From positions 64,001 to 128,000 of the IMG/VR virus record IMGVR_UViG_3300026320_000001: DNA of 64,000 nt; one strand, written 5' to 3'. The position numbers were made by a program, and so were the translations under genes. The notes beneath the pieces were generated by a model. The model saw nothing but the letters and a program-made list of their open reading frames with translations. It was not told the origin of the DNA and ran no database searches. Below, piece by piece: positions 42,183 through 52,192 of this stretch (position 1 is its first letter; each line of letters starts with the position of its first letter). This stretch comes from a virus.

Positions 42183-43469
42183 TTACCAAGCACCACGAAG
42201 CCAGTATTCAACAATCTCAGTATGAATACCAGATTCTATTTTTATTTTTAATGATGAATTCAAATATCTAGAAATATTTGTAATTGAAAAATGATTTCCA
42301 TCTATAACATTATAGCTAAATTTAGATATTGGTACAGTGTTCGATATATCAACAGTAATAGTAAATGTATCAGATTGTACAACATCATTCAACCATAAAT
42401 AAACAGAATATATTTCTACAGAACCTTCTAAAATAGAATTTGTTGAAGGGTCAAGAATTATTTCATAATTATTTGATGGTGATGATATAACTGAAATTAA
42501 ACATTCATCATAAACAGAAGAATTTCCATCAATTTCACATTTAATTGTTGCCATACCCGGAGAAATAGTTGTTACCAATCCAGATGAATCAACTCTTGCA
42601 ACCAATAAATTATCGCTTGACCATGCTACAGATTTATCAAAAATAATTCCATTTATTTTAACTTCAGCAGATAAAGAAAATGTTTGACCATTTTCTATAC
42701 TTATAGAATTTTTATTTATTTTTATTGTATAAATATCTTCAAATGCATCAGCCACACCATTTACAAAATCATCCGTTGTTGGATTACTTTGTCCAACAGT
42801 CATTGTTAATTTTAATAATCCTGTACTTGAATTATCACTTGTTTTTAAATTATTGTAATTATCTATACCCCCACCCATTATTTTATATCCAACCCAATTA
42901 TCAGTATTTCCAAATAGAAATCTTTGACTTGGCTGAATTTTATTCGTAGTTTCATTGAATTGTGTTACCACTTCTATAAAACCAGATGGTAAAACTAGAG
43001 AAGAACCAGCGGTACTATAATCTCTATTTTGTTTAATATCGTAATTAATTGAACAAGGTGATGTTAGTATTGCTCCAGTTTCAGGGTCAATCCATTTCAA
43101 AACATTATTACATCTTTTGACAACGGATGAAGCGGCAAGATTTTTAATTCCTTCACTATTAATAACTATCCAATAATTATCATCAAAAAGGTACATATAT
43201 CCAACATTGGAAACATGGTCTAAATTTTGAAATAATATTATTTTATAATCATCTCCTAGATGTTGTCCTGTTCTAGTATTAATAGCATGATTCACTCTTA
43301 CATCTATATCTACAAAGTTTTTTGACATTGTAGGAAATTCTTCTTTAATAGTGTACCAATCAGTAGATGTTTTAAATTCCATATCTAAATTTTTTTGAAA
43401 ATCATTTGAAAAAGAATTTTTAGGGGATTTTTGAATTGGCATGGATGCGTTTAAAAAATCATAAGGCAT
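42183..43469 (-). CDS. head-closure-like protein with Big_2 Ig domain
   Basis: VAWSSDNLLVARVDSSGLVT..PGMATI; likely start MPYDF at 43469. Confidence 0.65.
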   Translation of the reverse strand: MPYDFLNASMPIQKSPKNSFSNDFQKNLDMEFKTSTDWYTIKEEFPTMSKNFVDIDVRVNHAINTRTGQHLGDDYKIILFQNLDHVSNVGYMYLFDDNYWIVINSEGIKNLAASSVVKRCNNVLKWIDPETGAILTSPCSINYDIKQNRDYSTAGSSLVLPSGFIEVVTQFNETTNKIQPSQRFLFGNTDNWVGYKIMGGGIDNYNNLKTSDNSSTGLLKLTMTVGQSNPTTDDFVNGVADAFEDIYTIKINKNSISIENGQTFSLSAEVKINGIIFDKSVAWSSDNLLVARVDSSGLVTTISPGMATIKCEIDGNSSVYDECLISVISSPSNNYEIILDPSTNSILEGSVEIYSVYLWLNDVVQSDTFTITVDISNTVPISKFSYNVIDGNHFSITNISRYLNSSLKIKIESGIHTEIVEYWLRGAW

Positions 43470-43471
43470 AA

Positions 43472-43936
43472 TTACCCCACAAAATTTCCGGCAAACCATG
43501 ATGCCCAATCAAGATTTTTAAATCCATAGTCCACCATTGCCTGAGAACAATCTTCATTTAATTTATCATATGAAGATTTTTTTGCATTTAAATTATTTGC
43601 TTCTGCAAATGTTTTAAAATCATCATCTTGAACATGAAGTCTCATTTGTAAAATGTCATTAACTTCTTTGCCAAGCCATTCTTTTACCATGAATTTTGAT
43701 AATATTATTTTATTTATTTCTGTCATGATGAAATTAAATTCTTTTGAAGAATCATTTCTATCTGATAAATTTTGTGTACAAGGGTCAAATCCTCTTGTTG
43801 CTAAAATTAAAAATCCTGTAAGATATGTTTCAAAATTTGAAATACCAGTTGTTGGTGTATTATATAAATCAATTAATCTATAGTCTGATAATTGTTGCAT
43901 AAAGAGGTCAAAGATTTCTGAAAACGAAGTTCCCAT
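43472..43936 (-). CDS. head-tail connector/adaptor
   Basis: MGTSFSEIFDLF...IILSKFMVKEWL...DFK; position after the capsid genes. Confidence 0.6.
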   Translation of the reverse strand: MGTSFSEIFDLFMQQLSDYRLIDLYNTPTTGISNFETYLTGFLILATRGFDPCTQNLSDRNDSSKEFNFIMTEINKIILSKFMVKEWLGKEVNDILQMRLHVQDDDFKTFAEANNLNAKKSSYDKLNEDCSQAMVDYGFKNLDWASWFAGNFVG

Positions 43937-43971
43937 ATTTCCTCCTTATTATATTAAAAATACAATTCCCG

Positions 43972-44568
43972 TTATGTAACAGGAATTGCATCTAATGCTT
44001 TAGCTTCTTCAGCTAATTTTGATAAATCTGTTCCACTTATTTTTGAAATTTGTGAAATGATATTTAAATCTAATTCATTTACTTTCATTTCTTGCACAAG
44101 CATCGAATCTATATTTTCTCTTTGTGCTGGAGTTGCGCTTTGATAAAGTTTTACAGCCAATTTGGAATCACAATTAAGAATTTTTTCAATCATTGATTTA
44201 GAAAGAATATTTGCATACATGTCATTAAGTCCATGTTTTCTGATAATTTTTTCATTTAATATATAAAAATATCCTTTTTCCATGAAACTTCTATAATTTT
44301 CCATAACACTAGCTAAATCATTATATAGAATTCTTTTTACTTCACCAAAATCATTAAAAGAAAAACGCTTTCCTTTTCCTGATGGTTCTGTACTAAGATT
44401 TAATTTTCCGGGATATAAACTCATTACTTCAATATATGAATCTAAACGAAACTCTAAATCTTCTTCTTGATTTCTCAATTTTTCATTTTCCAATTCAATT
44501 CTTGCTAATTTTTCGACCAAAGTTTCTTCAACTTTAGTTGTTGGTTGTACTTTTTTTTCTGTAGCCAT
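43972..44568 (-). CDS. conserved head-module protein
   Basis: ORF track, RBS, immediately after the MCP. Confidence 0.55.
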   Translation of the reverse strand: MATEKKVQPTTKVEETLVEKLARIELENEKLRNQEEDLEFRLDSYIEVMSLYPGKLNLSTEPSGKGKRFSFNDFGEVKRILYNDLASVMENYRSFMEKGYFYILNEKIIRKHGLNDMYANILSKSMIEKILNCDSKLAVKLYQSATPAQRENIDSMLVQEMKVNELDLNIISQISKISGTDLSKLAEEAKALDAIPVT

Positions 44569-44602
44569 TTCTCCTCTTTATATTTATAATTTGAATTTTT
44601 TA

Positions 44603-44644
44603 TTTAGGGAATGTTCTATAATTAAATAAAACATTCCCTAAATT
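44603..44644 (-). terminator. terminator after the major capsid gene
   Basis: TTTAGGGAATGTT...AACATTCCCTAAA. Confidence 0.65.
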
Positions 44645-44676
44645 TTATATTATTATTTTTATAGAAATAATAAAAA

Positions 44677-45804
44677 CTATGGTAATGTCATAACACCGGC
44701 AATTGCATTTGTCGCAATACCAGATGCCCAACTCTTCATAAGAGTTGCATTTTGGTTAAGATTTGCATTAGCAAAATTATTATCAACATTTGCCAATGTT
44801 GTTCCTTCGATAACTAATTTTACAAGTTTATTCGCTGATGGAGAAATCACATACAAGCGAGTATCATCTAAAACTAGGCTAAAAGGTGTTGTCCAATCAG
44901 CTACTTGTGGTAATGCCATTACATCATATGTTCCCATAGTGTTAATATAACCAATACGAACATAATCTGATTCCAAAGTATATCTGTAATTTGCATCTGC
45001 CGGTAAAACACTCAATAGAGCGACTGGAGTTCCAACAATAATGGCTTTATTTCCACCATTCCATGCAGAAACCTTTTGAGCCAAAGTGATTAAATCAGAT
45101 TGACTATATCCAGCGTACTTCAATTTTGCATTGCCTGAAGATGTAAGATTTGTCATAGCAGTATTGAACGTAGTATAAACATCTCTTGTCATTTCTGATT
45201 CAAGTGAACGAATAACTTTTGTTACAAAATCTCCCAATGATTCTTTTCCGGCCAAAACCTTGTAAAGAGAAACTTGTGTTGATAATTCACGCATTACAGG
45301 AACAAGTGTAACTTGTCCTTCAAATTGCTTATGAATTTCTCCGGTTCTCATGCCTTTACCAGCTTTTGAAACCACAAATAAATCACGAGGTTTAATATCG
45401 AATGAAGCAGAATCTCCCCAATCAAGTGCTTTTACATCAGTATAAATACCAATACTATCAATTAATGTATCTGGAAGAACCATATCAACAAGAGCGTTGA
45501 TAACAGCAAAAGTAGCCCATTTAACCATAGGGTTACTAATCCATTGTTCTAAAGGAAGTTGTTCAAAATGAGCAACACCTGCATGGCGTAAAATTTCACG
45601 CTTCAAGCTTGCATTCATTTGAGTTTCTTTTTCATCAAACGTAATTGTTGTTCCATCTGGACGATTACGTTGAAAATCATATTGTTTTCCATTGTTCTTG
45701 TTTTGCATTGAACGATAATGGTTGTAATAGTCCAAAAATGATTTATATGGACTTAAAAATGTTTCGCCTCCGGCGAATTGTATAACTTTATTAGTAATTT
45801 TCAT
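44677..45804 (-). CDS. major capsid protein
   Basis: 375 aa, follows scaffold and decoration genes, strong RBS, followed by a terminator. Confidence 0.8.
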   Translation of the reverse strand: MKITNKVIQFAGGETFLSPYKSFLDYYNHYRSMQNKNNGKQYDFQRNRPDGTTITFDEKETQMNASLKREILRHAGVAHFEQLPLEQWISNPMVKWATFAVINALVDMVLPDTLIDSIGIYTDVKALDWGDSASFDIKPRDLFVVSKAGKGMRTGEIHKQFEGQVTLVPVMRELSTQVSLYKVLAGKESLGDFVTKVIRSLESEMTRDVYTTFNTAMTNLTSSGNAKLKYAGYSQSDLITLAQKVSAWNGGNKAIIVGTPVALLSVLPADANYRYTLESDYVRIGYINTMGTYDVMALPQVADWTTPFSLVLDDTRLYVISPSANKLVKLVIEGTTLANVDNNFANANLNQNATLMKSWASGIATNAIAGVMTLP

Positions 45805-45833
45805 TATATTTTTATCCTCCTATATCTATAGTA

Positions 45834-46373
45834 TTACGCAACAGCCACAACTTCAAACAAGTAGGCAGTAACACGTTGTGTATCAATTCCGCCTGTACCA
45901 ATAGAAATATAGTCAGTTGAAATTAATTTTAAAGTTAAACCTGAAACAGCACTAGCCGCCCAAGTTAATTTTTGAGCCGCATTTGTTGCAACAACAAATC
46001 CGTTTGATGATTTTGTTCCAGCAACAGCATCGGCACTCATCAAAATTAAGTCACCCATTACTGGTTGAAACACTGAAAAAATATCCCCAATTTCATTTCT
46101 GAAATTTCTTGGGTCAGGGTCTAATCCCTTATATTTTGAACTTCCAGAAACAGTTACAACAACTTCTGGTTCATAAGCCATCCATAGATTAACTAAATCA
46201 CTAGTAGTAGGTGCAGTAATAACCCAAACTTCACCTTCACCAGTTGTAGTAGATTTTGTTAGAAGATTTCCAACACTACCATTTTCATAAGCACTAGCAC
46301 TTACAGCGGCACGATTATATGAATCAATGTTTAAAGCCGCAACTTTTGTTTGTACGATTACTCCGTATGCCAT
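45834..46373 (-). CDS. capsid decoration/cement-like protein
   Basis: Between scaffold and MCP; ENG...F.N..G...GD pattern. Confidence 0.6.
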   Translation of the reverse strand: MAYGVIVQTKVAALNIDSYNRAAVSASAYENGSVGNLLTKSTTTGEGEVWVITAPTTSDLVNLWMAYEPEVVVTVSGSSKYKGLDPDPRNFRNEIGDIFSVFQPVMGDLILMSADAVAGTKSSNGFVVATNAAQKLTWAASAVSGLTLKLISTDYISIGTGGIDTQRVTAYLFEVVAVA

Positions 46374-46386
46374 AATTTATCTCCTT

Positions 46387-48516
46387 TTATTCCCATAATT
46401 TTTCTTGCTTTGGTTTTCTTTCAGAAAAAGGAAGTTGCATTCTTATAATGTCATCTTTTTCCTTATCTTTACTTCCAGCATAAACAAATGCCTTTGCTTT
46501 TACCATATTTGTATAAGAATCCATATTTTCTAAACTAAATTCTAAAGACAAATTGCGGCATTTTTCAATTTCTGCATCTGGCATTCCAACTTCCATCGCT
46601 TCATTTAAAACTTTTTCTACTGCAAAACTAAATTTTTCCAATTCTGAATTTTTCTTGTATTGTTTTAATTCTACATTTTCTTTTGACATTTCATTGATTG
46701 TTGCAGAATCTTTTGCAATAGCCAAAGATGCTTCCTTAACAAAATTAATCATTGAATTAGTAATATTTTTTAATTTAGCATCAGAACCTTTTGCAATTTC
46801 AACAGCGCAAGATTCAAGTAAACTATAGAATACACTTTTATTCTTATCTTTTTCAGACATTTGACGATATGTTTTTGTTTCTGATTCTAAAAATGAAAGA
46901 ATTGCTTTTACATCAAGATTTTCATTCAATGACATATTTACATCTTCTTTTTCTTCTGCGTCAGAACCAACTGTTGAATCAGCATAAGATTCTTTTACAT
47001 CACCCTTATCTCCCTCTTTTTTATCTTCTTTTTTTTCTTTTTCAGGAGTTTCTTTTTTTTCTTCTTCAGGTGTTTCTTCTTTAGCAAAAGTTCCATCTTC
47101 TTTTGACATAACTTCTGTGTCTGTCATTTCTTCTTTTGACATAACTTCTGTGTCTGTCATTTCTTCTTTTGCCATTTCTTCTGTCTTATTTTTATCGGCC
47201 ATATTATTTACCTCCATTCCCAAGTAATTATCTTCTTGAAATTCAGAAGACATTTTTTCTTCATTTGGCTTATCTAAGCCCATTTTCTCATAAATCTTTA
47301 GTATTTTTCCAACCACACCAGATTCATTTTGACCTCTTGCTCTTTGTAAAGCGGCAGAAAGACCATAATGATTATAAACAAGAGTATTATTTTTTAACTC
47401 CATAACTGGATATTTCAAATGTTCACTTGGGGCATCTTCCCACCCATTTTCAACAAGCATATAAACATCATTAACTAATGATTTGTAATTGCTTGCATTT
47501 AAAATCTTATTTCTAAGAGATGTTTTATCTACATTTCCCCATGCATCTTCACTCATTGATTCTTTTTTTTTGTCAATTTTTAAAACTTCACCAGAACCTA
47601 AATCTTCTGAAGAAAATTCAGACATTTTTTCTTTCTTTACCCAATGTCCATCTTTTACTTCATGTGTTTTTTTAAAACTACTAATTGCAATTGCCCATCC
47701 ATTTTTATTTTTATCTGTTCCTATAGATTCGGCTTGTTTTGCAATAGCATTGGCTTGGCTTAAAGTAATTGGGGGATTGATTCCTTTTAATGCAGGATTT
47801 GCATCTTTTAAACTAGCGTAAGGCATAGTAATATCACCTTTCTTTTCATAACTTGAAATCTTATCATCAATATCAATTAATTTATTTATCACTTCTTTTA
47901 CTTCATTTTTCAAAATTGAGAAATCAGATTTATATTCAAATTCTTCTTTATAGATTTTTTCATATTCTTCATTCTCTTCTTTTGCAAATGAAATCATTTG
48001 TAAATTTGCACCCGGAGATGCTGGAGTTGTAAAATCTCCCAAAACACAAATAGCAGTATATGTAAAATCTAATAAATTTAATAAACCATCTTCTGTTTCA
48101 TTATAGTCATTGACTTCTAATTCAACTGAAACTGATTTATTTTTCTTTCCAGATTCTTGAAATACTTGCATAAATTTTGGAGCATATTTTTTCCATATTT
48201 TTCCAAATACATTTAAAGAAGTTCTACCGTCTGGTAAAATTTCAAATTCTGCACTATCTGGCATTACAAATCCAGAAATAATAGGAATATCAGAATGTCC
48301 TCCAAAATCTCTCAATCTATTATCATATTCAAAAATTATTGGTTTTTCATATAATGTTGGAGCAGTTCTTTTTAATGTCTCAACATCACAAACTGTATCA
48401 TGAAGACTTTTTCCTGTTGAAAATGCTTTAATTTTTGCTGTTGCAAATTGACTGTCTGGTGATTCATATATAATATCAACACTTTCAATTTCAAAATTTA
48501 ATTTCTTATTTACCAA
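46387..48516 (-). CDS. prohead protease / scaffold polyprotein with ChaB-like insert (probable TTG start at 48516)
   Basis: KPI...DFGGH...IWKKY...SVSVEL...AICVLG protease motifs; acidic coiled-coil C-terminus. Confidence 0.75.
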   Translation of the reverse strand: MVNKKLNFEIESVDIIYESPDSQFATAKIKAFSTGKSLHDTVCDVETLKRTAPTLYEKPIIFEYDNRLRDFGGHSDIPIISGFVMPDSAEFEILPDGRTSLNVFGKIWKKYAPKFMQVFQESGKKNKSVSVELEVNDYNETEDGLLNLLDFTYTAICVLGDFTTPASPGANLQMISFAKEENEEYEKIYKEEFEYKSDFSILKNEVKEVINKLIDIDDKISSYEKKGDITMPYASLKDANPALKGINPPITLSQANAIAKQAESIGTDKNKNGWAIAISSFKKTHEVKDGHWVKKEKMSEFSSEDLGSGEVLKIDKKKESMSEDAWGNVDKTSLRNKILNASNYKSLVNDVYMLVENGWEDAPSEHLKYPVMELKNNTLVYNHYGLSAALQRARGQNESGVVGKILKIYEKMGLDKPNEEKMSSEFQEDNYLGMEVNNMADKNKTEEMAKEEMTDTEVMSKEEMTDTEVMSKEDGTFAKEETPEEEKKETPEKEKKEDKKEGDKGDVKESYADSTVGSDAEEKEDVNMSLNENLDVKAILSFLESETKTYRQMSEKDKNKSVFYSLLESCAVEIAKGSDAKLKNITNSMINFVKEASLAIAKDSATINEMSKENVELKQYKKNSELEKFSFAVEKVLNEAMEVGMPDAEIEKCRNLSLEFSLENMDSYTNMVKAKAFVYAGSKDKEKDDIIRMQLPFSERKPKQEKLWE
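47091..47180 (-). repeat. 33-bp tandem duplication (KEEMTDTEVMS x2)
   Basis: Exact DNA repeat in the scaffold region. Confidence 0.85.
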
Positions 48517-48772
48517 GTAAATCACCTCCTATATTAAAAAAGATTTTTTGTTATTTTGTAATAAAATGGAATATTTTCTAAAACTTCCTTTAATAAATCA
48601 GTATTAGCAAAATACCATTCCCCATTTTTACCTCTACCAAAAAGAGGAATATTTTTTGAATTTATAAGCCAATTGGCAATAATACCATTTGTTTTATATA
48701 ATTTATTCTCTTTTATAATGTCAGGGTTAACTACATACATGATAATCTTCCTTTAAACAAAAACTCTCTTTA

Positions 48773-49693
48773 TTACAAGAGAGTTGTTTTTAATATATTT
48801 TCTATATTATCAAAATTCCAATACGGAATCCTAATAAGTTTTATATCATTATCTTTACAATATTTTGTTTTTATTTTATCATTTTTCTTTGTTTTTTTAA
48901 ATTCTATTGGTTTATTGAATTTATCTTTATAATGAAGAATTCCATCATATTCTATTAAAATATTTAATTTTGAAATATAAAAATCAAATGAAAGAATGCG
49001 AATATTTTTGCAATTTTTAAAACCTTTATATTGTGTTTCAAATTTTATGTTATTATTTAATAAATATTCTGATATTCTTTTTTCACCTTTTGATGAAGCA
49101 CAATTTGGACAATTTTTTCCAGAAGTTCTATTGGAAATTTTACATATCCATTTATATCCACAATCTTTGCAAATCCAATTTTTATATTTATGTGAACCTA
49201 TTGTAAAATCCTTTGGAATTCCAGTATTTTTATCATAATTCCATTCAGAAGAAATTTCTGGAAATTTTATTTCCAAATTATTATGATTTCCATTTATTCT
49301 CCATAAAGTTTTACATTTACATAAACCTCTTCCTGAACGAATATAATCAAAACATATGTAAAATTCTTTTTTACAATTATTGCATAAAAATTTTAAATTC
49401 TTTTTTTCTGTAGAAATATATTCTCCAGAAATATATGTTATAAGAATATTATTATTTTTTATATATAGTAAAACATTATATAAAGAATAAGGATTATATT
49501 TTGCAAACTCATATAATTTACAATTTCTTTTTATTTGAGTTTTAAAATTGGTAAATGTTGTACTATATTTATATCCATATTTATCTATAATATTTAAATA
49601 ATCTTTTGTTGTATTATATTTTTTATCAATCAAAAAATAATATTTATTTTTTTCTATGATTGATTTTACTTCTTGATATGAAAATTTTCCCAT
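48773..49693 (-). CDS. zinc-ribbon + Vsr/DUF559-like endonuclease
   Basis: PEISSEWNYDKN...W.C..CG..W, SKGEKRI, FDFY, LIEYDGILHY, DKIKTKYC, LIRIPYW. Confidence 0.8.
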   Translation of the reverse strand: MGKFSYQEVKSIIEKNKYYFLIDKKYNTTKDYLNIIDKYGYKYSTTFTNFKTQIKRNCKLYEFAKYNPYSLYNVLLYIKNNNILITYISGEYISTEKKNLKFLCNNCKKEFYICFDYIRSGRGLCKCKTLWRINGNHNNLEIKFPEISSEWNYDKNTGIPKDFTIGSHKYKNWICKDCGYKWICKISNRTSGKNCPNCASSKGEKRISEYLLNNNIKFETQYKGFKNCKNIRILSFDFYISKLNILIEYDGILHYKDKFNKPIEFKKTKKNDKIKTKYCKDNDIKLIRIPYWNFDNIENILKTTLL

Positions 49694-49711
49694 ATATCAT
49701 CTCCTATAATG

Positions 49712-49781
49712 ATTCCTAAAAATAAATTGACGGCAGGACATTTAGGAAATGTCTTTTCAGTTCTAGTTACCTAGCCGTCAA
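49712..49781 (-). ncRNA. putative cis-regulatory three-way-junction RNA (copy 1)
   Basis: P1 TTGACGGC/GCCGTCAA, TAG, GAAAAG junction, hairpin GACATT-TCCTA-AATGTC; loop region complementary to downstream TTTAGGAA. Confidence 0.55.
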
Positions 49782-49785
49782 AAAT

Positions 49786-49814
49786 ATTATACCACAAAAT
49801 CTTTATTTTGTCAA
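49786..49814 (-). promoter_or_regulatory. consensus SigA promoter for the endonuclease gene
   Basis: TTGACA-17 bp-TATAAT with extended TG. Confidence 0.88.
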
Positions 49815-49820
49815 TATAAA

Positions 49821-50752
49821 TTATCCAATAGTTAAGAATGTTAATTCAAGAATTTTAGTAGCATCGAATGTTCCTGCAACTGCATAAATTGAACCTTCTA
49901 GGGTTGTTGCCGCTGTCACTGTGCCAGCATCTACAGAACCATTAAAATCTTTTGATAAAACATTATTTGTGTTATCAATAATAGAAGGAAATCCAACTTT
50001 ATTACCAACACCAATCGAAACTGTATCTGTCAATCTGTTACTTAATGACCTTATTACAAGGCGGATAGTATTTTCATGCTATCTCTGCAATTTTATATAT
50101 TGTTGCAGTTCAGACTATATATTCACGCTTAAAATAAGCGGGATGAGTTCAGCATTTATATTACTATAAATGCCCCGTAGTCGTTAGAGGTTCTTTTGTT
50201 TTTTATATAAAAGTCTTCCTACGGTCTTGTCCATTTTTGGATTTTAACCGTTATACTCATCTTCTAATTAATTTTTATTTAATCCATATATTACTATATG
50301 TTCAGGCAAAATTTACCTGCATGTGTTTCGGCGGGAAGGTCTACCGATGTAATTGTTGCGAAAGCTTTTACGCCCAAAACTTCAGTTGCTCCATTCAAAG
50401 CAATTGTGTCAGTAATTGCTGTGCCAGCCATATTTGTTCCATTAACTGTGACGTTTCCAACATTACCAGACGCATTTCCCTTTATTGTTGCAATTCTTGG
50501 AAAGTCTGGATTTGTAAATGTTCCAGTAGCATATCCAACTTGCGCTCCCGATGTCAACGCAATTGCCGCATGAACATAAGTTGCAGTTCCAAGTGCTGGA
50601 GTTGTTGAATATTTAAGTGTATTTACTGGTGAAAGAGTTCCAGCACCAGAAAGGGATGCTCCACCCATTATCAAAGTTCCCAACTGTGCCCTTTGAGATG
50701 CCGCATTCATATTATTTAAATCAGAAATTCTTTTAGCTGTAACAGTAGTCAT
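49821..50752 (-). CDS. probable virion protein split by a group I intron; join(50752..50315, 50030..49821), 215 aa
   Basis: Splicing gives in-frame ...LPAETHAG|TDTVSIGVG...; both exons are Thr/Gly/Ala-rich; GGAGG RBS precedes exon 1 only. Confidence 0.85.
50031..50314 (-). ncRNA. ORF-less group I intron (subgroup IA-like), 284 nt
   Basis: P1 CAGGU/GCCUG with U.G at the 5' splice site; P3 GAUGAGU/ACUCAUC; P4 ACGGU/ACCGU; R CUCUAACGACUAC; S AUAUAUAGUCUGA; P7.1, P8 and P9 hairpins; terminal G. Confidence 0.92.
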
Positions 50753-50847
50753 ATTTTAAAACCTCCTAATTAAGTCATTATTTTGTCTAAATATTTTTAG
50801 ACGGTAAAGAAATAATATTATTTGACAAAAATAATATTCAAACCATT

Positions 50848-51357
50848 TTATTTCCAATAGCTATCTGCATTCAATTCATAAAATTTTTGAAATGAATAAG
50901 ATTTTTCATCTTTTATTTCTTCACCAAACCAATAAGGAATCATAAATTCATTCATTTCTTTTTCAGAATAAAATTCAACTTCTACAATTATATCTCCATC
51001 TTCAAAATAGTCAATTGTAGCAGTTTGATAAATTCCTCCAGAACCAGTATTAACCGTTGGTAAAGTAATAAAAACTCTCTTTTTTTTAATTGGTATTTTT
51101 CCAATAAAATCAAATATTCTTATATATTGATTTTCTGTAATTTCAGGTTCAATTTCTTCTCTCACTCCATCATTTAAATTGTACTTTGTACAATGAGTAT
51201 AAACAGTATATTCTTCTCCAATCATTTTTCTTATTCTGTTAGAAGGATAAGATTCATCATTAGAGTTTGTATAAACATCTTCAATATCCACATTTCCTGA
51301 AATACATTCAGCAGGAGGTAATTCTTTTAGCTTCCATCTTCTTTCTTTTTCTAACAT
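50848..51357 (-). CDS. CYTH-domain (triphosphate tunnel) protein
   Basis: EKERRW, RIRK, REEIE, IKKKR, IDYF, VEVEF, P.WFGEEI. Confidence 0.8.
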   Translation of the reverse strand: MLEKERRWKLKELPPAECISGNVDIEDVYTNSNDESYPSNRIRKMIGEEYTVYTHCTKYNLNDGVREEIEPEITENQYIRIFDFIGKIPIKKKRVFITLPTVNTGSGGIYQTATIDYFEDGDIIVEVEFYSEKEMNEFMIPYWFGEEIKDEKSYSFQKFYELNADSYWK

Positions 51358-51368
51358 AAATCCTCCTT

Positions 51369-52190
51369 TTATAAAACAAATGGGTTTGGATGTTCATTTG
51401 GTTGTAAAATTCTAATTCTCCATTTAGGAAGATAATTTTTATTATTTCCCACAGCAAAAATTGGAATTATTGAATTATTAATATATTGTGGAAATGGGTC
51501 TGATTTATTTTCCCTATATTTACCAGTCCATTGACTTCCAGTTGGATTGCTAGAAGTTGATTCAAATAGATTTCCATTTTTATCAATCCATATTTCAATT
51601 CTTACTGAATTTGATGGTCTATAAAACATATACCAATTATCTATTAAATTATATTGTTTATAATTTCCCAAACAATCAATAGCATCAAATTCCCAACAAT
51701 CTTCTCCAGAAATTCTTTTTTCTCCAGTTATCTTTAATATAGTTCCACCACAAGCAGACGGTTGTAATCTCATATTTTCATTATCTAAATTTTTTTCATT
51801 CACATAATCAGCATTAGTATCACTACCATATCTATTTGTTATAAACCTATCCCCCTTCATTAATGAACTCCAAGAATATTTTGCTTGTTGTTCTGTAATG
51901 CTTGGAGATAATGACCAACATAAATTATGCATCCATAATTGAATATCTTCTGTCATGTCAACATAATCATCAATAATAAATCTGGCAACAGCAGGAAGAC
52001 CCTTAATTCCTCTAGGTGCTTCATTTCTTGTTGGACGACTCACATGAAATCTGAGTTTTGAATTTGTAACAATATAATCAGGCCATTGTTGGTCATAGTC
52101 AAGATTTACAACTCCAAAAATATTATTGTTTTGATTATTTTCTATAATAGAATAATAACTTTCATTTTCATATTCAACTGTTATTTTCAT
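51369..52190 (-). CDS. hypothetical protein in the lysis cluster
   Basis: ORF track; shares the KITVEY motif with its neighbours. Confidence 0.6.
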   Translation of the reverse strand: MKITVEYENESYYSIIENNQNNNIFGVVNLDYDQQWPDYIVTNSKLRFHVSRPTRNEAPRGIKGLPAVARFIIDDYVDMTEDIQLWMHNLCWSLSPSITEQQAKYSWSSLMKGDRFITNRYGSDTNADYVNEKNLDNENMRLQPSACGGTILKITGEKRISGEDCWEFDAIDCLGNYKQYNLIDNWYMFYRPSNSVRIEIWIDKNGNLFESTSSNPTGSQWTGKYRENKSDPFPQYINNSIIPIFAVGNNKNYLPKWRIRILQPNEHPNPFVL

Positions 52191-52192
52191 GA

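Noticed and set aside
49821-50033. Independent 70-aa gene
   Set aside because: No RBS; its TTG start is the last three bases of the intron, so it is better read as exon 2
51355-51372. CATAAA-TCCTCC-TTTTAT as another junction repeat
   Set aside because: The left arm deviates and the spacer is the Shine-Dalgarno of the CYTH gene; likely coincidental
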